Source of the DNA: Betaproteobacteria bacterium RIFCSPLOWO2_12_FULL_68_19
GTDB lineage: Bacteria > Pseudomonadota > Gammaproteobacteria > Burkholderiales > SG8-39
Direction: 5' to 3'
DNA: 49,659 nucleotides
Assembly: GCA_001772055.1 (NCBI GenBank)
Contig: MERP01000022.1
Coordinates: 623-50,281, forward strand
Positions 1-8,489 of this stretch are shown here, in pieces. A program made the translations under genes and the position numbers. The notes beneath the pieces are model-generated. The model searched no databases and was not told the DNA's origin. It saw only the letters and a program-made list of their open reading frames with translations. Numbering within the stretch: position 1 is the stretch's first letter; each line of letters starts with the position of its first letter.

Positions 1-48
1 CTTCTCGGCGCAGCGGCAGTACCTGCTCGGCTAGGTGCAAAGACCCCG

Positions 49-181
49 AAATCAGGGACAGACCACGTTTATTTGGGAAGTCCGAGCGATCCGGCTTCGG
101 ACATCTGGCGGCGTCATCACCGAAATCGTCTACGAGTCCTACACGGGCTCGTCCACGGAAAACGTGGTCTGTCCCTGATTT
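49..181. repeat. 133-bp element bounded by perfect 22-bp inverted repeats
   Basis: AAATCAGGGACAGACCACGTTT at 49-70 has its exact reverse complement at 160-181. The 89-bp spacer contains a smaller hairpin (GTCCGA 80-85 / TCGGAC 97-102). The element lies in a gap between convergent genes and touches the moeB stop codon (180-182). Confidence 0.7.
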
Positions 182-929
182 ATTGTTTGCTGCACACCGG
201 GCATGCGAGGTCCTTCGCCACCTTCACCGAGCGCCACTCGGCCGTCTTCGCGTCGAAGACCACCAGCTTCTTGTCCAGCGACTCGCCGATGCCGGCTAGG
301 AGCTTGATCGCCTCCATCGCCTGCATCGCGCCGATCACGCCGGTGAGCGGCGCGAACACTCCCATCTGCGAGCACTGCACTTCCTCGACTTCGCCGTCCT
401 CCGGAAACAGGCACGCGTAGCAGGGCGAGTCGCCCCTTCGCAGGTCGAAGACGGCGAGCTGCGCGTCGAAGCGGATCGCCGCGCCGGAGACGAGCGGCTT
501 GCGGTGCTTCACGCAGGCGCGGTTGACCGCCTTGCGGGTGGCGAAGTTGTCCGAGCAGTCGAGGACCACGTCCACCGAAGAAACGAGACCGTGAAGCTCG
601 TCTTCCTGGAGCCGCTTTTGCAGCGGCGTTACCGAGACTTCGGGATTCAAGGCTTTCAAGCTGGCCTGAGCGGCCTGCACCTTCGCCGCGCCGACGGATT
701 GCGTGCCGTACAGTACCTGGCGCTGCAGGTTGGTGAGGTCGACCTGGTCGGGATCGGCGATCGTCAGACGGCCGACGCCGGCGGCAGCGAGGTAGAGCGC
801 CGCGGGGCAGCCGAGGCCTCCGGCGCCGACGATGAGCGCGCTCGCCGCGCGCAGCCGCTCCTGCCCCTCGATCCCGATCTCGGGGAGCAGGATGTGGCGC
901 GAGTAGCGGAGGAGCTGCTCGTCGTTCAG
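180..929 (-). CDS. moeB: Molybdopterin-synthase adenylyltransferase (MoeB/ThiF family)
   Basis: The frame reads NDEQLLRYSRHILLPEIGIEGQERL...GAGGLGCP...CYAC...CPVCSKQ, colinear with E. coli MoeB (249 aa). The ORF track shows only the GTG-680 version. Homology continues upstream to CTG 927-929 (or ATT 933-935), so the start is non-canonical and uncertain. Confidence 0.85.
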   Translation of the reverse strand: MNDEQLLRYSRHILLPEIGIEGQERLRAASALIVGAGGLGCPAALYLAAAGVGRLTIADPDQVDLTNLQRQVLYGTQSVGAAKVQAAQASLKALNPEVSVTPLQKRLQEDELHGLVSSVDVVLDCSDNFATRKAVNRACVKHRKPLVSGAAIRFDAQLAVFDLRRGDSPCYACLFPEDGEVEEVQCSQMGVFAPLTGVIGAMQAMEAIKLLAGIGESLDKKLVVFDAKTAEWRSVKVAKDLACPVCSKQ

Positions 930-930
930 T

Positions 931-2319
931 TCAATTCGGTTTGGTCTGGGCGACCGTCGGCGACTGGCTCTGCACCGGCTCGCCCTTGAGGAACGCGAGC
1001 GCCTGCGAGAGCTGGAAGTCGTCCTTCGAACCGAGCTCGACCGGCTTCTGCTCGGCGGGGGTCGGCGCGGGCTTGGCGCGCGTCACCGCAGGCTCTTTTT
1101 TCTCTTCCGCCTTCGCCCTGCCGTTCTCGAGGTGGCGCTGCAGGTCGGCCTCGCGCACGCGCGTGGCGGTGTCGCTCGGGTCCTCGACGATGATGTCGGG
1201 AGTGATGCCGAGCGCCTGGATCGAGCGCCCGCCCGGCGTGTAGTAGCGCGCGGTGGTGAGCTTGATGGCGGTGTTGTTCCCGAGCGGCATGATGGTCTGC
1301 ACCGAGCCCTTGCCGAAGGTCTGGGTGCCGATCACCTTGGCGCGCTTGTGGTCCTGGAGCGCGCCGGCGACGATCTCGGAGGCCGACGCCGAGCCGCCGT
1401 TCACCAGCACCACCATCGGCACGGTCTTCGCCGCCGCCGGCAGGTTCCTCAGCACGTCGTCGCCGCGGCGCGCGTAGTCCTCGGGGCTGGCGAGGAACTT
1501 CTTGCGCGCGTCCTCGGCGCGGCCGTCGGTCGACACGACCAGCGACTTGGCGGGCAGGAACGCGGCGGAAATCGCGACCGCGCCGTGCAACAGGCCGCCG
1601 GGGTCGTTGCGCAGGTCGAGCACCAGGCCCTTCACCGCGCCCTGCTTGAACACCGTGTCCAGGTGCTTCACCAGGTTGTCGGCGGTCGCTTCCTGGAACT
1701 GCGACACGCGCACCCAGGCGTAGCCCGGCTCGATCACCTTGGACTTGACGCTCTGCACGCGGATGACGGCGCGCGTGAGCGTCACCACGATCGGGGCGCT
1801 CTCGCCCTTGCGCGAGATGGTGAGCGTGATCTGCGTGTTCGGCTTGCCGCGCATGCGCTTGACGGCGTCGTTCAGCGACATGCCCTTCACCGGCGTGTCG
1901 TCGAGCTTGATGATCAGGTCGTTGGGCTTGATGCCGGCGCGATAGGCGGGCGTGTCCTCGATCGGCGAGACCACCTTGACGAATCCGTCCTCCATGCCGA
2001 CCTCGATGCCCAGGCCGCCGAACTGGCCCTGCGTGCCGACCTGCAGCTCCTTGAACGCCTCGGCGTCGAGGTAGGCCGAATGCGGGTCGAGGCCGGTGAG
2101 CATGCCGTTGATCGCCTCGGTGATGAGCTTCTTGTCCTCGACCGGCTCGACATAGTTGGTCTTGATCGCGCCGAACACCTCGGTGAAGGCGCGCAGCTCC
2201 TCGATCGGCAGCGGCGAGCGCGTCGCGCGGTCGGCGATTGCCTGGAAGTTCAGGCTGATGAGCACCCCGGCGACCGCGCCGACGAGCATGAGTCCGATGC
2301 TGCGAAGCTTGTTGTGCAT
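931..2319 (-). CDS. ctpA: Carboxy-terminal processing protease (S41 peptidase with PDZ domain)
   Basis: 462-aa ORF with a signal anchor, a PDZ-like region and S41 motifs (GGSASASEIVAGALQD, TFGKGSVQ). Confidence 0.93.
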   Translation of the reverse strand: MHNKLRSIGLMLVGAVAGVLISLNFQAIADRATRSPLPIEELRAFTEVFGAIKTNYVEPVEDKKLITEAINGMLTGLDPHSAYLDAEAFKELQVGTQGQFGGLGIEVGMEDGFVKVVSPIEDTPAYRAGIKPNDLIIKLDDTPVKGMSLNDAVKRMRGKPNTQITLTISRKGESAPIVVTLTRAVIRVQSVKSKVIEPGYAWVRVSQFQEATADNLVKHLDTVFKQGAVKGLVLDLRNDPGGLLHGAVAISAAFLPAKSLVVSTDGRAEDARKKFLASPEDYARRGDDVLRNLPAAAKTVPMVVLVNGGSASASEIVAGALQDHKRAKVIGTQTFGKGSVQTIMPLGNNTAIKLTTARYYTPGGRSIQALGITPDIIVEDPSDTATRVREADLQRHLENGRAKAEEKKEPAVTRAKPAPTPAEQKPVELGSKDDFQLSQALAFLKGEPVQSQSPTVAQTKPN

Positions 2320-2336
2320 AAAGGTGTCGGTGCCGC

Positions 2337-3470
2337 TTATTTCAACTTGACCCAGCGAAGGGGGTCAAAGGCCTGTCCCAAGTGCCGCAATTCAAAGTAT
2401 AAGCCCGTTTCCTCGTTGCCACCGCTCGAGCCCGTGGTGGCGATCGGCTCGCCGCCCGAGACCGCCTCGCCCACCTGCTTGAGCAGCGCCTCGTTGTTGG
2501 CGTAGATCGACAGGTAGCTTTCTCCGTGGTCGACGATCAGCAGGTTGCCAAAGCCGCGCATCCAGTCGGCGTACACCACCTGGCCGCGCGCAACGGCCCG
2601 GACCGGCTGCCCTTCGGGCGCGCGAATGAACACTCCCTTCGCCTCGATCCCCGCCCCTCTTGGAGCGCCGAAGCGCCCGGTCAGTTCCCCGCGCACCGGC
2701 AGGCGCAGGCTGCCGCGCAGCCGGGAGAAGGGCTCGCGCGGGCCGCCGGGCTCGGGGACGCTCTCGACGATGCGGATGATCCGCTGCACCAGGCGCGCGA
2801 GGCGCGCCTCGTCGGCGCGCAGCGCCGTCATCTCCTTGCGATTGCTGCGTATTTCGCCCGCCAGGCGCTCCAGCACGCGCTGGCGGCTGCGGCGCTCCTT
2901 GAGGATTTTTTCACGCTCGGCGCGGCTCGCCTGCTCGAGCGCGCGCAGCCCCGCTTCGCGCTCGGCGGCCGCGCGCGCCAGGCCGGCGAGCTCGGCGATC
3001 GCGTCCCGGTAGCCGCCGAGCACCCCGGCCGCGGCCTGCGCGACGTAGCCGACATACCGGAGCCTGCGGCCGAGCGACGCCGGATCCTGGCCGGAGAGCG
3101 CGACGCGCAGCGCGTCGGGCGCGCCGCCGGCATGGCGCGCCACCAGCATGCGCTCCACCGCGGCCTGGCGCTCGGCCGCGAGCTTCTCGAGCGCGCGCCG
3201 GCGCTGCGCGATGCGCGCCGCCTCGGCGCGCAGCCGCCGGGCATCGGCCGCGGCGGCGGCGAGGGCCCGGTTGGCCTGCGAGATGGCGCGCTCGGAGTCG
3301 CGCAGCGCGTCGCGCGCCTCGCGCCGCACCGTCTCCTTGTCCTCGAGCTCCTGGCGCAGCGCATCGATCCGCTGCCGCAGCGCCTGCAGCTCCTCTTCCC
3401 GCGACGCCGCCTGCGCCTGCGCCGGCGCCCCTGCGGCAATGACGAGCGCGAGAACGAGGAGCCGGATCAG
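2337..3470 (-). CDS. envC: Murein hydrolase activator EnvC-like protein (coiled coil plus M23/LytM domain)
   Basis: Signal peptide [21 protein letters not shown], a long Ala/Arg/Glu coiled coil and a C-terminal M23 domain ([17 protein letters not shown]...LYFELRH). The 476-aa track ORF extends about 100 codons into gpmA. I place the start at CTG 3468-3470, which overlaps the gpmA stop. Confidence 0.85.
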   Translation of the reverse strand: MIRLLVLALVIAAGAPAQAQAASREEELQALRQRIDALRQELEDKETVRREARDALRDSERAISQANRALAAAAADARRLRAEAARIAQRRRALEKLAAERQAAVERMLVARHAGGAPDALRVALSGQDPASLGRRLRYVGYVAQAAAGVLGGYRDAIAELAGLARAAAEREAGLRALEQASRAEREKILKERRSRQRVLERLAGEIRSNRKEMTALRADEARLARLVQRIIRIVESVPEPGGPREPFSRLRGSLRLPVRGELTGRFGAPRGAGIEAKGVFIRAPEGQPVRAVARGQVVYADWMRGFGNLLIVDHGESYLSIYANNEALLKQVGEAVSGGEPIATTGSSGGNEETGLYFELRHLGQAFDPLRWVKLK

Positions 3471-4207
3471 GCCTTCGCTTTCCCCTGCGCCGAGACCGCG
3501 CTGGTGCGGCGCGCGACCTCCGCGGGATCGCCGAGGTAGTAGTGCCTCGCCGGCCTCAGGCTCGCGTCGAGCTCGTAGACGAGCGGGATGCCGGTCGGGA
3601 TGTTCAGGCCGACGATGTCGGCGTCGCTCACCTCGTCGAGGTGCTTGACCAGCGCGCGCAGCGAGTTGCCGTGCGCCGCGATCAGCACGCGCCGGCCGGC
3701 GCGCACCGCCGGGGCGATGGCGCTCGCCCAGTAGGGGACCACGCGCGCGACCGTGTCCTTCAGGCACTCGCTGCGCGGCACCTCGATGCCCGTGTAGCGG
3801 GGATCCTTGCCTTCGTAGCGGGGATCATCGACCTCCAGGGCCGGCGGGGGAGTGTCGTAGCTGCGCCGCCAGGCGAGCACCTGCCGCTCGCCGAACTTGG
3901 CCGCCATCTCGGCCTTGTTCAGGCCCTGCAGCGCGCCGTAGTGGCGCTCGTTCAGCCGCCAGCTCTTCTCCTCCGGCAGCCACATCTGGTCGAGCTCCTC
4001 GAGGGCGATCCAGAGCGTGCGGATGGCGCGCTTGAGCACCGAGGTGAAGGCGAGATCGAAGCGGTAGCCGCCGGAGGCGAGCGCGCGGCCGGCCGCGCGT
4101 GCCTCCTCGACGCCCCTCGCCGAGAGATCGACGTCGGTCCAGCCGGTGAATCGATTGTCGCGGTTCCAGTCCGACTCGCCGTGGCGCAAAAGCACGAGCT
4201 TGTGCAT
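3467..4207 (-). CDS. gpmA: 2,3-bisphosphoglycerate-dependent phosphoglycerate mutase
   Basis: The N-terminus [23 protein letters not shown] carries the RHGE catalytic His motif. 246 aa. Confidence 0.95.
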   Translation of the reverse strand: MHKLVLLRHGESDWNRDNRFTGWTDVDLSARGVEEARAAGRALASGGYRFDLAFTSVLKRAIRTLWIALEELDQMWLPEEKSWRLNERHYGALQGLNKAEMAAKFGERQVLAWRRSYDTPPPALEVDDPRYEGKDPRYTGIEVPRSECLKDTVARVVPYWASAIAPAVRAGRRVLIAAHGNSLRALVKHLDEVSDADIVGLNIPTGIPLVYELDASLRPARHYYLGDPAEVARRTSAVSAQGKAKA

Positions 4208-4235
4208 CGCGCTGAATTATAATGTCCGATCCCCA

Positions 4236-4640
4236 GTGGAATTCGTCCGCAACAACCTCCTGCTGATCGTGGTCGCCCTCGCTTCCGGCGCGATGCTGCT
4301 GTGGCCGCTCGTGCGCCGCAGCGGCGGCGGGCCCTATGTCGATCCGGCGGGGGCGACGCAGCTCATCAACCGCGAGGACGCGCTGGTGCTCGACGTGCGC
4401 GAGCCCGGCGAGTACGGCGCGGGGCACATCCTCGGCGCAAGGAGCGTGCCGCTCGCGCGCATTGGCGAGCGCGCCGATTTCGCCAAGCGCAAGGATCGTC
4501 CGCTGATCGTGTACTGCGACGGCGGCGCGCGCGCCTCGAAGGCCGCGGCGGCGCTCAGGCAGCAGGGATTCACGCGCGTGCTCAGCCTCTCGGGCGGCCT
4601 CGGGGCCTGGCAGCAGGCGGGGCTTCCCGTGGAGAAATGA
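4236..4640 (+). CDS. Membrane-anchored rhodanese-domain protein (YibN-like)
   Basis: An N-terminal TM helix is followed by a rhodanese fold with active-site CDGGARA. The in-frame GTG at 4236 gives an N-terminus (VEFVRNNLLLIVV) colinear with E. coli YibN. The position upstream of grxC-secB is conserved. Confidence 0.85.
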   Translation: MEFVRNNLLLIVVALASGAMLLWPLVRRSGGGPYVDPAGATQLINREDALVLDVREPGEYGAGHILGARSVPLARIGERADFAKRKDRPLIVYCDGGARASKAAAALRQQGFTRVLSLSGGLGAWQQAGLPVEK

Positions 4641-4650
4641 GCGTGGAAGA

Positions 4651-4917
4651 ATGAGCGCGGCGCGCGTGCTCATGTACTGCACCGCGAGCTGCCCGTTCTG
4701 CCGCTCGGCCGAGCGCCTGCTGGCCGACAAGGGCGCAGCCATCGAGAAGATCCGCGTCGACCTCGAGCCGGCGCGGCGCGTCGAGATGACGCAAAGGAGC
4801 GGCCGGCGCACGGTGCCGCAGATCTGGATCGGTCCCCGCCACATCGGCGGCTGCGACGATCTCCACGCTCTCGACGCCGAGGGCAAGCTGGACCCCTTAC
4901 TCGAGGCCTCGCCATGA
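4651..4917 (+). CDS. grxC: Glutaredoxin 3
   Basis: 88 aa with the CPFC active site and the TVPQIWIG...GGCDDL motif. Confidence 0.93.
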   Translation: MSAARVLMYCTASCPFCRSAERLLADKGAAIEKIRVDLEPARRVEMTQRSGRRTVPQIWIGPRHIGGCDDLHALDAEGKLDPLLEASP

Positions 4918-5384
4918 CCGACGCACAGCCGCAGCAAGCGACTTTCCAGATCGAGAAGATCTACGTCAAGGACCTGTCGCTCGAGATCCCGAATGCGCCG
5001 CAGGTGTTCGTGGAGCAGGTCCAGCCGCAGCTCGAAGTGCAGATCAACACCACCGCGGGGAAATTCTCGGAGCCCTACTACGAGGTGACGGTGACGGCCA
5101 CCGTCACGGCGCGCGCCGGCGACAGGACCGTTTTCCTCGCCGAGGCGGTGCAGGCCGGGATCTTCCAGCTGCGCAACGTCCCCCAGGAGGAGCTCGGCCC
5201 GCTGCTCGGCATCGGCTGCCCGACGATCCTGTTTCCCTACCTGCGCGAGACCATCTCCGACCTCGTGACCCGCGGCGGCTTCCCCCCGGTGCTGCTCAGC
5301 CCGATCTCGTTCGAGGCGCTCTACATGCAGCGGCTGCAGCAGCAGCAGTCGGGGGAGGGGCCGCGCATCGAGGTGGCGCGCTGA
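4914..5384 (+). CDS. secB: Protein-export chaperone SecB
   Basis: 156 aa beginning FQIEKIYVKDLSLEIPNAP, full-length SecB-like. ATGA overlap with the grxC stop. Confidence 0.95.
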   Translation: MTDAQPQQATFQIEKIYVKDLSLEIPNAPQVFVEQVQPQLEVQINTTAGKFSEPYYEVTVTATVTARAGDRTVFLAEAVQAGIFQLRNVPQEELGPLLGIGCPTILFPYLRETISDLVTRGGFPPVLLSPISFEALYMQRLQQQQSGEGPRIEVAR

Positions 5385-5815
5385 TGCGCCGGCTTGCGCT
5401 CGCCGCGTCGCTTTTCGCCTGCGGCGCCGCAGCGGCGGACTTCCGTGCGGTCGGCGAGCAGGCCGCGGTGCTCTACGACGCGCCTTCGCGCGAGGCGACT
5501 CCCCTCTACATCGTCTCCAGGGATTACCCCCTGGAAGTGGTCGTGGAGCTCGACGCGTGGGCCAAGGTGCGCGACCACACCGGTGCTGTCTCCTGGGTCG
5601 AGAAAGGCCTGCTGCGCGAGCGGCGTACGGTGCTCGTCACCGCGACCGCGGCCGAGGCGCATCTGCGGCCCGAGGAGGGCGCGCCGGTCGCATTCGTCGC
5701 CGCCGAGAACGTGGCGCTCGAGCTGCTCGAGGCGACCCCGGCGGGGTGGCTGCACGTGCGCCACGCCGACGGCGCGGACGGCTACCTGCGCGCCTCGGCG
5801 GCCTGGGGCGACTGA
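5384..5815 (+). CDS. Secreted bacterial SH3-domain protein
   Basis: Signal peptide MRRLALAASLFACGAAAA followed by two SH3-like repeats (AWAKVRDHTGAVSWVEK, GWLHVRHADGADGYL). TGATG overlap with secB. Confidence 0.7.
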   Translation: MRRLALAASLFACGAAAADFRAVGEQAAVLYDAPSREATPLYIVSRDYPLEVVVELDAWAKVRDHTGAVSWVEKGLLRERRTVLVTATAAEAHLRPEEGAPVAFVAAENVALELLEATPAGWLHVRHADGADGYLRASAAWGD

Positions 5816-5822
5816 CGCGCTC

Positions 5823-6800
5823 ATGACACGCGTCGCGGTGCTCGGCGCAGGTGCCTGGGGCACCTCGATCGCCGGGGTTCTATCCACCCGGCTCGAAGTG
5901 ACCCTGTGGGCGCGCGATCGCGCTCAGGCCGAAGCGCTCGCGCGCACGCGCAGGAACGAGCGTTATCTGCCCGGCATCGAGATCCCGGCCGCGGTAAAAG
6001 TCACCGCCAGCCTGGCCGACACGACGGGCGCGGAGCTGATGCTCGCCGCCACGCCGGTTTCCGGTTTGAGAGAAGTCTTGAAGAAGGTCGAGCCGCGCAG
6101 CCCGCTGGTCTGGTTGTGCAAGGGCTTCGAGGAGGGCAGCGGGCTGCTGCCGCACCAGATCGTCGAGCAGGCCCTCGGCGCCGGCGCGCGCTGCGGCGCT
6201 CTCTCCGGGCCGTCGTTCGCCGAAGAAGTGGCGCGCGGACTGCCATGCGCGCTCACCCTCGCCGCGCGCGACGCCGGCTTCGCGCGCGAGGCCGCGGCGC
6301 TCCTGCACGGCGGCAGGATGCGCGTCTATTACAGCACCGACCTGGTCGGCGTCGAGATCGGTGGCGCAGTGAAGAACGTCATGGCGATAGCCGCCGGCAT
6401 CTCCGACGGCCTCGGGCTCGGCCACAACGCGCGCGCCGCGCTCATCACGCGCGGCCTCGCCGAGATCGCGCGCCTCGGCGCGGCGATGGGCGGCCAGGCC
6501 GAGACCATTTTCGGCCTGACCGGGGCGGGCGACCTCATCCTCACCGCGACCGGCGATCTCTCGCGCAACCGGCGCGTCGGGCTGGAGCTGGCAAGCGGCA
6601 AAAAGCTGGACCTGATCCTCGGTTCCCTGGGTCATGTGGCCGAAGGCGTATACACCGCGCGCGAGGTAGCGAAGCTCGCCAAGGCGCGCGGCGTGGACAT
6701 GCCGGTCACGGATGCGGTGAACGCGGTCCTCGAAGGTAAACTTCTGCCAGCGACCGCCGTCGAGCGGCTTCTTGCGCGAGACTTGAAGCGCGAACGGTAG
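5823..6800 (+). CDS. gpsA: NAD(P)H-dependent glycerol-3-phosphate dehydrogenase
   Basis: An internal ATG at 5823 gives MTRVAVLGAGAWGT (Rossmann motif). The rest is colinear with GpsA (GAVKNVMAIAAGISDGLGLG). The longer track ORF from 5394 overlaps the SH3 gene. Confidence 0.95.
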   Translation: MTRVAVLGAGAWGTSIAGVLSTRLEVTLWARDRAQAEALARTRRNERYLPGIEIPAAVKVTASLADTTGAELMLAATPVSGLREVLKKVEPRSPLVWLCKGFEEGSGLLPHQIVEQALGAGARCGALSGPSFAEEVARGLPCALTLAARDAGFAREAAALLHGGRMRVYYSTDLVGVEIGGAVKNVMAIAAGISDGLGLGHNARAALITRGLAEIARLGAAMGGQAETIFGLTGAGDLILTATGDLSRNRRVGLELASGKKLDLILGSLGHVAEGVYTAREVAKLAKARGVDMPVTDAVNAVLEGKLLPATAVERLLARDLKRER

Positions 6801-6816
6801 AGCAAAGGGAGCAAAC

Positions 6817-7344
6817 ATGGCGGGCGTTCTCAGATCCCTGGTGCTGGCGAGCCTGGCTGCCTTTTTGCTCGCCGGAGCATCCGTTGCCCAGGCGCAATGG
6901 CAAACCGTGTCGAACGCCGAGCGCAGTTTTTTCGCCGACATGCCCGGTGTCCCTAAGCATTCAGCGCAGAAAGCAAAGACCGGTTCCGGCGACGATTACA
7001 CGAGGGACACCTACCTGGTCGAAGCAGGCGAGGAGGCCTTTGTCGTGCAAACCGCCGTTTTCCCGGCGAGCGTCGACACCTCCAATCCCCGGGGCAATCT
7101 CCAGGCGGGCCTGGACAACGCGGTGAAGAACATGGACGGCAAGGCGTGGAAGAGCGTGAACTGGACTACTGTCCAGGGGCTGCTCGCGGCGGACGTCGTG
7201 GGTGCGCGCAACGGGCATGCGATCCGCAGCTTCTCCCTCATGGATGGCCGGCGCATCGTGGCGCTCACCTATGCCGGACCGCCCGGAAGCGCGAACTCGA
7301 GCAACGCGACGCGCTTCGTGAAGTCGCTGCGGATCGCCCGCTAG
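6817..7344 (+). CDS. Hypothetical secreted protein
   Basis: 175 aa with a signal peptide ending SVAQA-QW. An SD-like AAGGGAG sits upstream. I do not recognise the family. Confidence 0.6.
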   Translation: MAGVLRSLVLASLAAFLLAGASVAQAQWQTVSNAERSFFADMPGVPKHSAQKAKTGSGDDYTRDTYLVEAGEEAFVVQTAVFPASVDTSNPRGNLQAGLDNAVKNMDGKAWKSVNWTTVQGLLAADVVGARNGHAIRSFSLMDGRRIVALTYAGPPGSANSSNATRFVKSLRIAR

Positions 7345-7808
7345 GGGCCTGCGCCCGGAAATCCGATCTGGCGCCAGGCCTCGAACACCACGACCGCAAC
7401 GGCATTCGAGAGGTTGAGGCTGCGATTGCCGGGCCGCATCGGCAGCTTGAGGCGCATCTCTTCCGGGAACTCGTCGAGCACGGCTGGCGGCAGCCCGGCC
7501 GTTTCGGCACCGAAGAGGAACACGTCGTCGGTGCGAAAGCCAACCTCGAAGCAACTGCGCCTTGCGCTCGTCGTGAGCGCGAACATGCGCCGTCCGGCGA
7601 GCGCCGCGCGGCAGGCCTGCCAGCTCGCGTGGACGCGCACGTTCGCCATCTCGCGGTAATCAAGGCCGGCGCGCTTGAGCTGCCGGTCGTCCATGGAGAA
7701 GCCGAGCGGCTCGACCAGGTGCAGGCGCGCGCCGGTGTTGGCCGCGAGGCGGATGACGTTGCCCGCGTTGGGCGGGATCTCCGGGTGGATGAGGACGATG
7801 TCAAGCAT
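7341..7808 (-). CDS. trmL: tRNA (cytidine/uridine-2'-O-)-methyltransferase TrmL (SpoU family)
   Basis: 155 aa beginning MLDIVLIHPEIPPNAGNVIRLAANTG, with ...LNLSNAVAVVVFEAWRQ near the C-terminus. Typical YibK/TrmL. Confidence 0.9.
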   Translation of the reverse strand: MLDIVLIHPEIPPNAGNVIRLAANTGARLHLVEPLGFSMDDRQLKRAGLDYREMANVRVHASWQACRAALAGRRMFALTTSARRSCFEVGFRTDDVFLFGAETAGLPPAVLDEFPEEMRLKLPMRPGNRSLNLSNAVAVVVFEAWRQIGFPGAGP

Positions 7809-8475
7809 CGCGCAGCGTGCGCGCCAGCACCCAGTTGACGACGCGCGCGGCGCCGGCGCCCTTCAGGGTCCGCGCCATCTCGTCGAGCGTCGCGCCCGTG
7901 GTCATGACGTCGTCCACGACGGCGATCACCAGGCCTTCGAGGCTGGTGGAACATGAAAAAGCACCGCGCACGTTGCGACGCCGCTGCTCGAGCGGCAGGT
8001 CGAGCTGTGGCGCGGTGTCGCGGCTGCGCTCGCAGGCCGAGACGAGCAGCCTGCCACGGCCGATGTGGCGCGCGATCTCGACCGCCTGGTTGTAGCCGCG
8101 CTCTTTCAGCCGCTGGCGCGAGAGCGGCACGGGGATCACGCAGTCGATACGCTCCTGCGCCGGAATCCTTTCTCTCAGCAAGGCGGCGAGCAGGGGGGCG
8201 AGAGCGAGCTCTCCCCGGAACTTTAGTGCATGCACCAGCGCATCCGCCGGAAACGCGTACTCGAGCGCGGCGACGGTGGCGTCGAAATGCGGCGCTTCGG
8301 CGAGGCAGCGCCCGCAGGTCTCGCCGCGCGGCGAGGCGAGCGCGCAGCGCGGGCAGAGCGGCGGCGCAAGGCGCGGCAGATCGGCCTCGCACGCGGGGCA
8401 CAGAACGCCCGTCGCGGCGCCGCGGCAGAGGAAGCAGCTGCCGCCGAAAAGCAGGGCTGCGAGGCGTGCGCGCAT
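7801..8475 (-). CDS. comF: ComF family protein (phosphoribosyltransferase domain)
   Basis: N-terminal Cys-rich zinc ribbon (CxxC x2) and a C-terminal PRTase motif VIAVVDDVMTTGATL. Confidence 0.85.
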   Translation of the reverse strand: MRARLAALLFGGSCFLCRGAATGVLCPACEADLPRLAPPLCPRCALASPRGETCGRCLAEAPHFDATVAALEYAFPADALVHALKFRGELALAPLLAALLRERIPAQERIDCVIPVPLSRQRLKERGYNQAVEIARHIGRGRLLVSACERSRDTAPQLDLPLEQRRRNVRGAFSCSTSLEGLVIAVVDDVMTTGATLDEMARTLKGAGAARVVNWVLARTLRDA

Positions 8476-8489
8476 GCTATCTTTTCCCG

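Noticed and set aside
4218-4223. TATAAT hexamer 12 nt upstream of the rhodanese GTG, in the 28-bp gpmA|rhodanese gap (a possible near-leaderless promoter)
   Set aside because: The only -35-like hexamer (TTGTGC 4200-4205) is just 12 nt away, and the TG is misplaced for an extended -10. A single hexamer is not enough to call a promoter.
7953-8489. Long N-terminal extensions of track ORFs (for example amidase from 7953, gpsA from 5394, coxB from 10756, TPR from 23187, lolB from 24749, cpoB from 47784, prs from 26774)
   Set aside because: The extensions overlap neighbouring well-supported genes or a tRNA and are Arg-rich. In each case an internal start reproduces the family-typical N-terminus or signal peptide, so I used the internal starts.
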